Assembly: GCA_965203535.1 (NCBI GenBank)
Contig: OZ241897.1
Coordinates: 5,963,697 to 6,027,696, forward strand
DNA length: 64,000 bases
Source: Acidobacteriota bacterium
GTDB lineage: Bacteria; Acidobacteriota; UBA6911; RPQK01; JAJDTT01
Direction of reading: 5' to 3'
The notes under the pieces are model-generated. The model saw nothing but the letters and a program-made list of their open reading frames with translations. It was not told the origin of the DNA and made no database searches. Both the position numbers and the translations under genes were made by a program. Of this stretch, positions 1 to 9,576 are shown piece after piece (positions within the stretch are counted from its first letter, which is position 1; each line of letters starts with the position of its first letter).

Positions 1-399
1 CCGGCGGCCCATTTCCCGGAGCTGAACTTCAACCAGATGGTGCTCAAGAGCCTGTTCAACGCGATCCGGATGGAGCGCATCCTGGGGCTGGAATCCCGAT
101 TCAACCCGGAGCTCTCCCGGATGGCCGACGACTATGCCAGTGAACGGGAGGCGGCCGGCCGGGACGTTCCTCCCGACATCTGGTGGGTCGTGGCGCCGCG
201 AATCACTCCCGAAAGGATCGGGCGCATCTACCCTTATCTGCAGCAAGGCAATTCCCGTCACCGCTACTGGGCGGCCCGGGCCCTGGGTCATGTCCGCGAC
301 GAACGAAGCCGCCTGGAGCTGGAGGGGCGGCGAACCATCGAAACCGACGACCGGGTTGTGGCCGCTATTGACGCCTCGCTGGCCAAGATGGTCCAATGA
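1..399 (+). CDS. eboA: EboA-family protein, 5' truncated by the window edge, with HEAT-like C-terminus
   Basis: Frame open from base 1: PAAHFPELNFNQMVLKSLF...ADDYASEREAAGRDVPPDIW matches the EboA C-terminal signature (NQMVLK; ER.AAGR.V); directly upstream of a TatD/EboB gene. Confidence 0.75.
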   Translation, partial: PAAHFPELNFNQMVLKSLFNAIRMERILGLESRFNPELSRMADDYASEREAAGRDVPPDIWWVVAPRITPERIGRIYPYLQQGNSRHRYWAARALGHVRDERSRLELEGRRTIETDDRVVAAIDASLAKMVQ

Positions 400-408
400 A
401 TTTCCATC

Positions 409-1296
409 ATGAAGATCTTCGATCCTCACATCCACATGACCTCCCGGACCACCGACGACTACTCGGCCATGGCCCGGAACGGGATCCTGGTGATCGTCGA
501 GCCCTCCTTCTGGCTGGGTCAACCCCGAACCAACGTGGGATCCTTCATCGACTACTTCAACAGCCTGCTGGGCTGGGAACGCTTCCGGGCGTCCCAGTTC
601 GGCATCCGCCACTTCTGCACCATCGGACTGAACCCCAAGGAGGCCAACAACCCCAGGCTGGCTGAGGAAGTGCTCTCGCTGCTTCCCCGCTACCTGCAGA
701 AGGACGGCGTCGTCGCCGTGGGAGAGATCGGCTACGACGATCAGACCGACGCGGAGGAGCGCATCTTCGCCCGCCAACTGGAACTGGCCATGGAAATGGA
801 CCTGCCGGTCCTGGTTCATACGCCCCACCGGGACAAGAAGCGGGGCACCATCCGCTCCTTGGACCTCATCCGCAGCGTCGGCTTTCCCGAGGAGAGGGCC
901 CTCATCGACCACAACACGGAAGAGACGCTTCCCCTGGTGCTGGACACCGGCTGCTGGGCCGGCCACACCATCTATCCCCACACCAAGATGGACGAGGTCC
1001 GGATGGTGAAGCTGGTGAAGGAGTACGGCAGCGAGCGGATCCTCATCAACAGCGCCGCGGACTGGGGCATCAGCGACCCCCTGAAGGTCCCCAAGACCAC
1101 CGACCTGATGCTGGAGAGCGGGATCACGCTGCAGACCATCCGAACCATCGTCTGGGACAATCCCGCCCACTTCTTCTCCCAGAGTCAGCGGCTGGACCTG
1201 GCCGGCATCGACGCGCGCCCCAGCATCGACCAGACCGAGTTCTACGGAGGAAGCACCGTCCTGCGCGGCGGCCAGACCCCGGTCGTGGAATCCTAG
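409..1296 (+). CDS. eboB: TatD-family metal-dependent hydrolase (EboB)
   Basis: FDPHIHMTSRTTDDY, GEIGYD, HTPHRDK, DHNTE and NSAADWG motifs; ebo context. Confidence 0.88.
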   Translation: MKIFDPHIHMTSRTTDDYSAMARNGILVIVEPSFWLGQPRTNVGSFIDYFNSLLGWERFRASQFGIRHFCTIGLNPKEANNPRLAEEVLSLLPRYLQKDGVVAVGEIGYDDQTDAEERIFARQLELAMEMDLPVLVHTPHRDKKRGTIRSLDLIRSVGFPEERALIDHNTEETLPLVLDTGCWAGHTIYPHTKMDEVRMVKLVKEYGSERILINSAADWGISDPLKVPKTTDLMLESGITLQTIRTIVWDNPAHFFSQSQRLDLAGIDARPSIDQTEFYGGSTVLRGGQTPVVES

Positions 1297-1458
1297 GAGT
1301 CTGCGCGGTAGAAATGATCGTAGCGAGAAAGTGGAGAATCGAGGCCAGATTTTCCCGATTTTGAGGTGCATAGTCGTTCTATTCGCCGAGAAATCGCACG
1401 AATATGGACCGATTCTACGCTTTCGCAGTAGATTGATTTCTGCCGCGCAGGCTCCTAG
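1293..1458. mobile_element. MITE 1 (~165 bp, non-autonomous) with terminal inverted repeats
   Basis: Left end CTAGGAGTCTGCGCGGTAGAAAT; right end reverse-complements to CTAGGAGCCTGCGCGGCAGAAAT; CTAG at both ends; AT-richer non-coding interior. Confidence 0.8.
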
Positions 1459-1825
1459 TGTGGTGTCCCGCAAATACAAGTAGATGGACGCGCCAGTTTG
1501 TCGAGAACGAACCAATCCGTGGCGGTCGCCACGAGGCGCGCCTTCGTTGGATCACCCGCTGGGTAATCAGACCGAACCAGCGCTCCACTGGGTAGAGCGA
1601 TTGCCCTCCCGGTTCGTAGGGGCGACCCTTGTGGTCGCCCGCCCGGCGTCACCTGCCGAGATCATCCGGACGGCCCTTCAGGACCCCCGCACCACGTTCC
1701 CGTGGTTGGCTTGGTTCTGGTCGTGGTTCGGACCGAAGAGGGCACCCACAAGGGGTGCCCCTACGGGGTTCGAATCCGAGGCTGGACCCGTTCCGAATAC
1801 ATGAATTTGCGGGACAGGACACTAG
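1455..1825. mobile_element. MITE 2 (~370 bp) with terminal inverted repeats, carrying an inverted GTAG-REP pair
   Basis: Left end CTAGTGTGGTGTCCCGCAAAT; right end reverse-complements to CTAGTGTCCTGTCCCGCAAAT; shares CTAG 1455-1458 with MITE 1. Confidence 0.8.
1616..1764. repeat. Inverted pair of GTAG-type REP hairpins (REPIN-like)
   Basis: GTAGGGGCGACCCTTGTGGTCGCCC (1616-1640) and GGGCACCCACAAGGGGTGCCCCTAC (1740-1764); the latter recurs exactly at 49789-49813. Confidence 0.8.
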
Positions 1826-1831
1826 CTCTCC

Positions 1832-3205
1832 GTGCATCACACCGCGGTCATCAACGTCGTCGGACTTACCCCAGCCCTTCTGGGTCCGGACACGCCCAAC
1901 TTGAACGCCCTGGCCCGCAGCGGCGCCGTCCGGCCCCTGCGCACGGTGACTCCTGCCGTCACTTCCACGGTCCAGAGCACCTTCCTGACCGGACTGCCCC
2001 CCTCCGGCCACGGCATCGTGGGAAACGGATGGTATTTCCGCGACTTGGCCCAGGTCTGGTTCTGGCGCCAGTCCAACCACCTGGTTCACGGCGAGAAGGT
2101 CTGGGAGAGCGCCCGCCGGCGCGACGCGCGAGTCACCTGCGCCAAGCTCTTCTGGTGGCACAACATGTACAGCAGCGCCGACTGGAGCGTGACCCCGCGT
2201 CCCATGTACCCGGCCGACGGCAGGAAGATCCCGGCCATCTACTCCCACCCCGGCGACTTGGCCGAGCGGCTGGAGAACGACATTGGACCCTTCCCCTTCT
2301 TCGACTTCTGGGGTCCCCGCGCCGGCATCGCCTCCAGCCAATGGATCGCCCGGGCGGGGCGGCGGGTCTGGGAGTGGCACCAGCCGACCCTGACCCTCAT
2401 CTACCTGCCTCATTTGGACTACAACCTCCAGCGGCTGGGACCGGGTCATCCCGATGTCCACCAGGACGTCCGGGAGATCGACGCCGTCTGCGGCCGATTG
2501 CTGGACCACTTCCGGGAACGGGACACCCGGGTCATCGTGCTCTCCGAGTATGGGATCACTCCGGTGGACGGCGCCATCCACATCAACCGGGTGCTTCGCC
2601 AGGCCGGATGGATTCGCGTCCGTCCGGAGCTGGGGCTGGAGATCCTGGATCCGGGCGCGAGCCCTGCTTTCGCGGTCTCGGATCACCAGATCGCCCACGT
2701 CCATGTCCAGGACCCGTCCCACCGGTCCCAGGTCCGGACGCTGCTGGAGAGCACTCCGGGCATCGAGCAGGTCCTGGACCGCCGGGATCAGCGGGAGCTG
2801 GGACTCGATCACCCGCGTTCGGGCGACCTGGTGGCCGTCAGCCAGGCCGACAAGTGGTTCTCCTACTACTACTGGCTGGACGATTCGGTGGCCCCCGATT
2901 TCGCCAGGACCGTGGACATCCATCGCAAGCCGGGCTACGATCCCGCGGAACTCTTCGTCGATCCGGAGATCCGGCTTCCCTTCCTGAGGGTCGGACGGAG
3001 GCTGTTGCAGAAGGCTCTGGGATTCCGGTATCTCATGGACGTCATCCCCCTGGACGCAAATCTGGTCAAGGGCTCCCACGGCAGACCCACGGAAGACCCG
3101 AACCAGGGACCGGTCTTCCTGAGCACGGAACCCGGCCTTGTGCCCGACGGCGAGATTCCGGCGGAGGGAGTCCGCGATCTGATCCTGGATCATCTCTTTG
3201 ACTGA
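1832..3205 (+). CDS. eboF: Alkaline phosphatase / nucleotide pyrophosphatase family protein (EboF)
   Basis: VINVVGLT, PAVTSTVQSTFLTG..PS.HGIVGNGWY, YLPHLDY, SEYG, VDIHRKPGYDP, VKGSHG. Confidence 0.85.
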   Translation: MHHTAVINVVGLTPALLGPDTPNLNALARSGAVRPLRTVTPAVTSTVQSTFLTGLPPSGHGIVGNGWYFRDLAQVWFWRQSNHLVHGEKVWESARRRDARVTCAKLFWWHNMYSSADWSVTPRPMYPADGRKIPAIYSHPGDLAERLENDIGPFPFFDFWGPRAGIASSQWIARAGRRVWEWHQPTLTLIYLPHLDYNLQRLGPGHPDVHQDVREIDAVCGRLLDHFRERDTRVIVLSEYGITPVDGAIHINRVLRQAGWIRVRPELGLEILDPGASPAFAVSDHQIAHVHVQDPSHRSQVRTLLESTPGIEQVLDRRDQRELGLDHPRSGDLVAVSQADKWFSYYYWLDDSVAPDFARTVDIHRKPGYDPAELFVDPEIRLPFLRVGRRLLQKALGFRYLMDVIPLDANLVKGSHGRPTEDPNQGPVFLSTEPGLVPDGEIPAEGVRDLILDHLFD

Positions 3206-3324
3206 AGCGGCCGGTCAGGGTCTCCCGAACCGGGACGGCACCCCCTGCGTGGTAGACTGACCGGCGGTTTCCGCTCGCCGCCGTCCAGTGAGAAACGGCG
3301 CCGTGCAAATGCCACGGTGGACAG

Positions 3325-6300
3325 ATGACTTCCCAATTGCGGTTCACGCAGTACTCCGGTCGTAAAGCGGCGTTCGTCCGCCGGGGAGGGCGGCAGCTCC
3401 GGCTGTTGGCTCTCCTGGCTGTCTGCCTGGTCTGGAGCCCCGCCGTGGCTCTGGCCCAGATGGGCGCCGGAACCCTGGTGGGGCATGTCCGCAAGGAGAA
3501 CGGCGAGGCGGCGGCCGGCGTGGAGGTGGCGATCCACCGCGTCGACACCAACGAGGCCTTCCTGCTGCTCACCAACGCCAACGGGAACTACCGGCGAAGC
3601 GGCCTGCCTCCGGGCCACTACGAGATCACTGCGGTGCTGCCCGGTTACGGAACCCAGGTCCGGACTCACGTTCGACTCCTTGTGGAGCAGATCCGGGAGG
3701 AGAATTTCCTCCTGCTCCCGGGCGATTCCGGAACCAGGCGTTCGACCCGCAGCGGCACCGTGCTGGCGGGGACCGGCCGGGAGGACCGGGGACAACTGAT
3801 CGACCAGGAAAAGTTGGAGAGCATGCCGGTCAACACCCGGGACCTGGGGCAGTTGGTCAGCCTCGCCGCGGGCGCCGCCACCAGCCACGAGAGCCGCAGC
3901 CGGAGCGTCAAGGTGCTGGGCATGAGGCGCAAGGACAACCTGACCTTCATCGACGGCACCCTCTTCACTCACGGCGACGGGACCCCTTCGTTCAATGCCA
4001 GCACCGACGCCCTGAGGGAATTCGACGTCAAGACCGGCCTCTATTCCGCCGAATACGGCATCCGGCCCGGAGGCCAGATCGTGGCGGTCACCAAGAGCGG
4101 CACCAACGAATTTCACGGGGGCTGGTTCTGGTTTCACCGGAACGACAACCTCGACGCCCGCAACTTCTTCGAGCAGCGGAAGGCGGAGTTCAAGCGCAAC
4201 CAGTTGGGGGCCACCCTGGGAGGCCCCCTGGTTCTGCCCGGCCTGATGAACGGACGCGACCGGGCCTGGTTCTTCCTCTCCTACCAGTTGCGTTCCATCC
4301 GGGAAACCAAGCCGCTCACCGGCGTGGTCCCGACCCCGGAGGAGAAGGCGGGCCGATTTGCCGTTCCCATTCGCGACCCCATGACGGGCGGCTTTTTCCC
4401 CGCAAACCGGATCCCGTCCCGGCGGCTGGATCCCGTCGCCTTGCAGCTCCTCCGCTTCTGGCCCGAACCCAACACCCCGGGAGCGCTGAACTTCACCAGT
4501 CCCGACTCCCACAGTCCACTGGACAATCCGCAGGTCATTGCGCGCATCGACCTGAAGCAATCGGAAGTGAGCCGCTGGGCCGGCCGCTTCGTCTGGGACA
4601 GGACCCACTGGACCTCGACCCAGGCCATCAGCAACTTCTCCACGCGGCATCCCCTGGCCACCTTGGGGCAATCCCTCTCCTACAATCGAAGCCTGAGCCC
4701 GAAGGCGCAATCCGTGGCCAGCCTCCATTGGTTCCGCCGGCCCTACGAATCCCTGGTGTCCCCCCATGCAATGGAACTCGATCTGGGAATTCCGGAACTT
4801 CTCGTCAGCGAAGTGGATCGGGTCGGCGTTCCCATAGTCGAAGTCCAGGGCTTCACCAGGATCGGCGACTACTCCTTTCTCGGACCCAGCAGCCTGGGGA
4901 ACTGGCAAGGGAAGAAGGATCTGACCCTGGTGGAAGGCGACCACGCCCTGAAGACCGGCATCCACTTCCGCCGCCACTACAACCTGTACGTGACCTCCCG
5001 GCGCAGCCGCTTCAATTTCTTCGATCGGTACACAGGCAACGGTTTCGCCGATTTTCTGCTGGGCTACCTGTCCCAGAGCCGGCTGGGCGGCGAAGGTTCC
5101 CGGGGCCGATTCCACCAGGACAGCTACTACCTCTACTTCCAGGACACCTGGAAGGCCGGGCCCCGGTTGACCCTGAATCTGGGCCTGCGCTACGAGCTGC
5201 GGCTGCCGTGGAGGGAAAAGCGGGGCTTCATGGCGAACCTGGACCCGGCGACCGGACAGACGGTCCCCGAGCTGCTGGACCTGGATCTGAAACCGTGGGA
5301 AACGGGCCGCTTCCAACCCAACTATCCCCTGATCCGATGGAAACCCTTGGACGGCATTCTGCCGCGCCTGGGCCTGTCGATTCGCCTGGCGGAAAAGACC
5401 GTTCTGCGCAGCGGATACGGTCTTCATGCCAACGAGCCGGATCTGAACATGGTCCTCCGCTTGAGCCGGAATCCCCGCCCCGGAGCCGAACGGCTCATTT
5501 TCAACAGTCCCCTGGAGACGCCGTCGCTGCGCTTCGCCAACCCGTTTCCCGGGGAAAACCGGGACACGGCCGTCCCCGACCACTACGGATTCCAGAGTCC
5601 CCTGCCCTTGTCCCGGACCCATTCCTGGGGCCTCAGCCTCCAGCACGAGTTCACGTCGCACTGGATGCTCGACACCGGCTACCACGGCTCCCGGTCCACC
5701 GATCTCCTGGAGACGGTCTCCCTGAACGACGCGGCGCCGGGCGCGGGCGACCGGCAACTCCGTCGACCCTGGCCTCACCTGCAGGCGGTTCATTTTCCGT
5801 TTGCGAATGCCGATTCCTGGTACCAGGGCATGCACTTCCAGGTGGAAAAGGCGGCGGGCGCCGACGGCCTGTATCTGCTGGCGTCGCTGAGCTGGTCCCG
5901 CCTGATTCAGACCGGAGGCGGGACGACGGGCTACACCTCCCGGCGAATCTACCGGTCGCGCAATCTGCCCCTGGAGGCGACCCGCGGAGTGGCGGACTTC
6001 CACATTCCGGTGCGGTTGATGCTCTCCGGCGGTTTCGATCTGCCCTTCGGCCCCAACCGTCCGCTGCTTCAGAGCGGCTTCGCTTCACGGCTGCTGGGAG
6101 GATGGTCCATCCGGGCCATCTCCAACTTCCAGGACGGCGGCTGGCGCACGGTCTCTCTGCCCGGCGACCCGCTGGACGCGGGGTCGGAGGCATCCCAGTG
6201 GCCGGACCGGATCCGGGACGCGAATCTGCCGCGACACGAGCGGACTCCCGCCCGGTGGTTCGACACCGGAGCCTTCACTCTGCCGCCGCCGTTTCAATAC

Positions 6301-6552
6301 GGGAATTCCGGGCGAGGCGTCATCAAAGCTCCCGGCCTGTTCAACCTGGACATCTCGCTGCGCCGGACCTTCCGTCTGGCGGAGACTCAACGGCTGGAGG
6401 CCCGGGTGGAGGCCTTCAACGCCACCAACCGTCCCAACTTCCTGGTCAACGCGAGGCAGCAGACCCTCCTGCACGGGACCGCCGGCTTCGGCGTGCTGGC
6501 GCAGTCGCTGGCCGCCCGGCAGATCCAGTTGGCCTTGAAGTTCTACTTCTAA
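3325..6552 (+). CDS. TonB-dependent receptor with N-terminal carboxypeptidase-regulatory-like domain
   Basis: Signal peptide, EF.VKT..YSAEYG, TKSGTNEFHG, FQDTWK..PRLTLNLGLRYE, C-terminal RQIQLALKFYF. Confidence 0.9.
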   Translation: MTSQLRFTQYSGRKAAFVRRGGRQLRLLALLAVCLVWSPAVALAQMGAGTLVGHVRKENGEAAAGVEVAIHRVDTNEAFLLLTNANGNYRRSGLPPGHYEITAVLPGYGTQVRTHVRLLVEQIREENFLLLPGDSGTRRSTRSGTVLAGTGREDRGQLIDQEKLESMPVNTRDLGQLVSLAAGAATSHESRSRSVKVLGMRRKDNLTFIDGTLFTHGDGTPSFNASTDALREFDVKTGLYSAEYGIRPGGQIVAVTKSGTNEFHGGWFWFHRNDNLDARNFFEQRKAEFKRNQLGATLGGPLVLPGLMNGRDRAWFFLSYQLRSIRETKPLTGVVPTPEEKAGRFAVPIRDPMTGGFFPANRIPSRRLDPVALQLLRFWPEPNTPGALNFTSPDSHSPLDNPQVIARIDLKQSEVSRWAGRFVWDRTHWTSTQAISNFSTRHPLATLGQSLSYNRSLSPKAQSVASLHWFRRPYESLVSPHAMELDLGIPELLVSEVDRVGVPIVEVQGFTRIGDYSFLGPSSLGNWQGKKDLTLVEGDHALKTGIHFRRHYNLYVTSRRSRFNFFDRYTGNGFADFLLGYLSQSRLGGEGSRGRFHQDSYYLYFQDTWKAGPRLTLNLGLRYELRLPWREKRGFMANLDPATGQTVPELLDLDLKPWETGRFQPNYPLIRWKPLDGILPRLGLSIRLAEKTVLRSGYGLHANEPDLNMVLRLSRNPRPGAERLIFNSPLETPSLRFANPFPGENRDTAVPDHYGFQSPLPLSRTHSWGLSLQHEFTSHWMLDTGYHGSRSTDLLETVSLNDAAPGAGDRQLRRPWPHLQAVHFPFANADSWYQGMHFQVEKAAGADGLYLLASLSWSRLIQTGGGTTGYTSRRIYRSRNLPLEATRGVADFHIPVRLMLSGGFDLPFGPNRPLLQSGFASRLLGGWSIRAISNFQDGGWRTVSLPGDPLDAGSEASQWPDRIRDANLPRHERTPARWFDTGAFTLPPPFQYGNSGRGVIKAPGLFNLDISLRRTFRLAETQRLEARVEAFNATNRPNFLVNARQQTLLHGTAGFGVLAQSLAARQIQLALKFYF

Positions 6553-6585
6553 TATCTCAACCGAACCCATGAGGAGAACATCTCC

Positions 6586-8340
6586 ATGATTCGATACGTC
6601 CATACCTGTAGGAGATCGCCGCTGATTCCGTTCCTGGCAGTCTTGTTCTGCGGCGGCCTGACCGCCGGCGAGACGGGTGGGAACTCGGACCAGCAACTCG
6701 CCCGCTACAAGTTCCTGCTCATCGACGACGAGCCCCTGGTGGAACACCACAATCTGCACCGCAAGGTGAACCAGGCGGTCAAGCGCAAGGACCCGGTGCT
6801 GCGTCTCGACGCTCCGTGGGAGACCGACCGGGACATGCTCAACTACGTCTCGGTGATGTACGACCAGGAAGAAGGGATCTTCAAGATGTGGTACACGCTC
6901 ATGCGCTGGAAGGGAGAGACGACCGACGGGCCTCGGGGCGTCGCCTATGCCGTCAGCCGGGACGGCCTCACCTGGGAAAAACCGAAACTGGGCCTGGTGG
7001 ACGTCAACGGCTCGCGTGAGCACAACATGGTGATCAATTTCAAGCGGACTTTCGTATACAGCATCATCAAGGACCCCAGCGACATCCCCGCCCGCCGCTA
7101 CAAGATGATCTTCAACACCTTCGGAGAGGAGTCCCTCTGGGCCCGGCACCACTCGGCTCTGAACCTGGCCTATTCCCACGACGGACTGCGCTGGGAACGG
7201 CCCCGCCACGTCAACCCGGTGATCCGCGGCATCAGCGACGACAACTGCACCCTCTTTTACGACCCGGACCGCCGCAAGTACGTGCTGATGACCCGGCGGG
7301 TCCCCAACGCCCCGCGGGACATCTCACAGTACGAGAGCTACGACCTGGTGAACTGGGAGGACAAGGGCCGCGTCCTGGTGGCCGGCGACGACCTGGATCC
7401 GCCGGAGCTCTACAACATCTACGACATGCCGGTCTTCCGCTACGAGAACTTCTTTCTGGGCATCATCAACCCCTATTACGTCCATCCCTTCGCCCCCACC
7501 TACGGCGCTTACCACAAGCCGCCCGGCTACCCCCGGGGCAAGGTGGGCCAATTGGAGATCTCCCTGGCCTACAGCCGCGACGGGAGGACCTGGCGCCGGC
7601 CCGACGACCGCTCGCCGGTGGTCCCGGTGGGCAAGCCGGGCGCCCAGGACGGCGGCATGCTCTACCCTGCCGAGAACCCCCTGGTGCGGGACGGCGAGAC
7701 CTGGATCTACTTCACGGCCAGCCGCCTGAACCACACCTGGTGGGACTGGCTCTCCTACGACCTGTCACAGGGGACCCGGGACGTCGCGGCCCTGATGGTG
7801 GCCCGCATGCCCGAGGACCACTGGATCTCGATGGACGCCGGGGACGAAGAGGGGTGGTTGATGACCAAGCCGTGGGGTCCGGCCTACGAGATCCTGGTGA
7901 ACGCCGACGCCGAGGGCGGCTCCATCGAAGCGGAACTGGTCACGCCATACGGCGAAACGATCCCCGACTTCACCCGGGCGGATTCGGTCCCGCTGACCTC
8001 CAACGGCACCGCCCAGAAGCTGACCTGGAAGAGCGGCCGGTCTCCCTACGATCTGAGCGTGGAGCAATTCGGCGGCGTCTGCCTCAGGCTGTATCTCACC
8101 CGAGCCAAGCTCTACTCCTACACCTATACGCTCCCCGACCCGGACGGCAACCTGGCCCGCCGCCAGGCCAACGCCCGCTGGCTGGACGTGATCACTCACC
8201 GCTCCGATCACTGGGGCCTGGGCACCAACGAGCCGGCGAAAGGGGTTCCCCCGCATCCGCGGCACCAGTCCAACCCCGCCGGAGGGCAGAAGGACTTCGG
8301 GAAGCGCATGCAGGAGTCGATCCGGAAAGGCCAGCGCTGA
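6586..8340 (+). CDS. Secreted five-bladed beta-propeller glycoside-hydrolase-like protein
   Basis: Signal peptide; repeated S.DG..W boxes (SRDGLTWEKP, SHDGLRW, SYDLVNW, SRDGRTW); C-terminal domain shared with the paralogs at 15672, 31632 and 49977. Confidence 0.7.
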   Translation: MIRYVHTCRRSPLIPFLAVLFCGGLTAGETGGNSDQQLARYKFLLIDDEPLVEHHNLHRKVNQAVKRKDPVLRLDAPWETDRDMLNYVSVMYDQEEGIFKMWYTLMRWKGETTDGPRGVAYAVSRDGLTWEKPKLGLVDVNGSREHNMVINFKRTFVYSIIKDPSDIPARRYKMIFNTFGEESLWARHHSALNLAYSHDGLRWERPRHVNPVIRGISDDNCTLFYDPDRRKYVLMTRRVPNAPRDISQYESYDLVNWEDKGRVLVAGDDLDPPELYNIYDMPVFRYENFFLGIINPYYVHPFAPTYGAYHKPPGYPRGKVGQLEISLAYSRDGRTWRRPDDRSPVVPVGKPGAQDGGMLYPAENPLVRDGETWIYFTASRLNHTWWDWLSYDLSQGTRDVAALMVARMPEDHWISMDAGDEEGWLMTKPWGPAYEILVNADAEGGSIEAELVTPYGETIPDFTRADSVPLTSNGTAQKLTWKSGRSPYDLSVEQFGGVCLRLYLTRAKLYSYTYTLPDPDGNLARRQANARWLDVITHRSDHWGLGTNEPAKGVPPHPRHQSNPAGGQKDFGKRMQESIRKGQR

Positions 8341-8347
8341 GGGATCG
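7346..8347 (+). repeat. Copy 1 of a ~1 kb direct repeat (copy 2 at 10429-11430)
   Basis: Near-identical sequence at offset 3083. Confidence 0.95.
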
Positions 8348-8399
8348 GATTGGACTGAAGCCTTGGATTCTTGGGCACCCTGTGTATGTTAATTCCGCC

Positions 8400-8630
8400 T
8401 CAATCTGCCAACCCCCAGCGCTGCATGACTTCTTCCAGCGGCCCGGTCCGAGATTTTCCGGATCGAAGGGCGATCAGCCGTTGTTCAGCAAGGTAAAGAT
8501 CCTCAAGGTCGTCCAGGTGCTCCCGAATGGCCTCGTTCATGTAGAAGGTCTTGCTGCGCCCGCTGAGGTCAGCCAACCGTTGCAGGCGCCGAGACACTTT
8601 ATCCGGTAAGCGTAGAGAGACAAGCGCCAT
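8400..8630 (-). CDS. Ribbon-helix-helix RelB/CopG-like antitoxin (orphan)
   Basis: MALVSLRLPDKVSRRLQRLADLSGRSKTFYMNEAIREHLDDLEDLYLAEQRL; AGGAGG upstream; no toxin ORF follows. Confidence 0.75.
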   Translation of the reverse strand: MALVSLRLPDKVSRRLQRLADLSGRSKTFYMNEAIREHLDDLEDLYLAEQRLIALRSGKSRTGPLEEVMQRWGLAD

Positions 8631-8720
8631 GAGGATCCTCCTTTGCGTGCATTGGGTGATACAAGTATCCCGTAAAGTGCTCGATCCGTCGCGGCATCGA
8701 CTTGGGCAGGGGGTAAGCCG

Positions 8721-8826
8721 ATGAAAACCGACAACGAGAAGATCGAACGCGGCAGCGGAAACGTATTCGCTGACCTGGGACTCCCCGACGCCGGCACGCA
8801 TCTGTTCAAGGCCGAACTGGTACCGG
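8721..8826 (+). pseudogene. Truncated copy of the XRE/HigA-like HTH gene at 11610
   Basis: MKTDNEKIERGSGNVFADLGLPDAGTHLFKAELV, then homology stops at the AT-richer insert. Confidence 0.85.
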
Positions 8827-8852
8827 GTGCAGATCAGCGCGGACGAAGCTGG

Positions 8853-9422
8853 TTACTGCTGTGGTTGTGGTATGGGCTGTGCGGTCTGTGTGCCTTGAAT
8901 GCGACATTTGTTCATAGCCAAATAATAACTAACAAACGTCTTAACATACGCCATCGTATTGTCCATCACCGCGTCCACATCAGAAAAGCTCATCCCGAAA
9001 GTTTGCATACGCCATGTTATAGCTTGTACTGATCTATCAAGGCGCGGATCGTGCAATTTTCTTTCATATGCCACGTCAATAGCAAACACTTTGCGTTCTA
9101 AACTGATAACTAGATTCACCATAAGTAGCGACTCTTCAATATCCATGCCGCCAAGTGCGTTAGGCGTGTGTTGATTGATAGCCTCTACTGCATTCCGTGC
9201 CTCACGTCTTAGGCGGTTTCTGGTAGCCTGTGGGATCTGGTTGTCAGCATAGACAGGATATGTATCCATATCTATTACGCTCACACGCACCAGCATCGGC
9301 TTGCAATCGTTATCGAGATTCGGCCAAACCGCCTCGGTACTTCTATCTGGTAGAGGTTGGGGGATTTGACCATGAACAGGTGATACAAGCGGTAGCAGCA
9401 GTAATAGTGGCAACAGCTTCAA
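8853..9422 (-). CDS. Secreted hypothetical protein, paralog of 9569-10126 (candidate immunity protein)
   Basis: Signal peptide; EAVWPNLDNDCKPM...YERKLHDPRLDRS..A..W...TFG...NKC; lower GC than the flanks. Confidence 0.7.
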   Translation of the reverse strand: MKLLPLLLLLPLVSPVHGQIPQPLPDRSTEAVWPNLDNDCKPMLVRVSVIDMDTYPVYADNQIPQATRNRLRREARNAVEAINQHTPNALGGMDIEESLLMVNLVISLERKVFAIDVAYERKLHDPRLDRSVQAITWRMQTFGMSFSDVDAVMDNTMAYVKTFVSYYLAMNKCRIQGTQTAQPIPQPQQ

Positions 9423-9486
9423 AACTTCACGTCCTCTCTTCCTCGCATTCTCACGTCCTCGTGTCTTGTGAGTTACAGGTCACTGG

Positions 9487-9576
9487 TCACAAGAGCGTGA
9501 CGTGCCAGTGAGGCGGATTTTTCTCAAGATCCATCTTGAATCCAAGCTCCTCTTCCTTCGCCGCGTTGCTATTCAC
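9487..9576 (-). pseudogene. C-terminal fragment with HWH motif (M15/LAS-type Zn-peptidase-like tip)
   Basis: Manual translation VNSNAAKEEELGFKMDLEKNPPHWHVTLL*; parallels the fragment at 10156-10280. Confidence 0.45.

Noticed and set aside
1649-6003. Long antisense and alternate-frame ORFs (e.g. 3190-6003 -, 23341-25293 +, 46942-49338 +)
   Set aside because: Shadow ORFs of GC-rich genes with no motifs; the opposite strand carries recognisable proteins
8721-9032. Intact 103-aa HTH fusion protein
   Set aside because: Homology ends at codon ~34, before the HTH; the rest is antisense to 8853-9422
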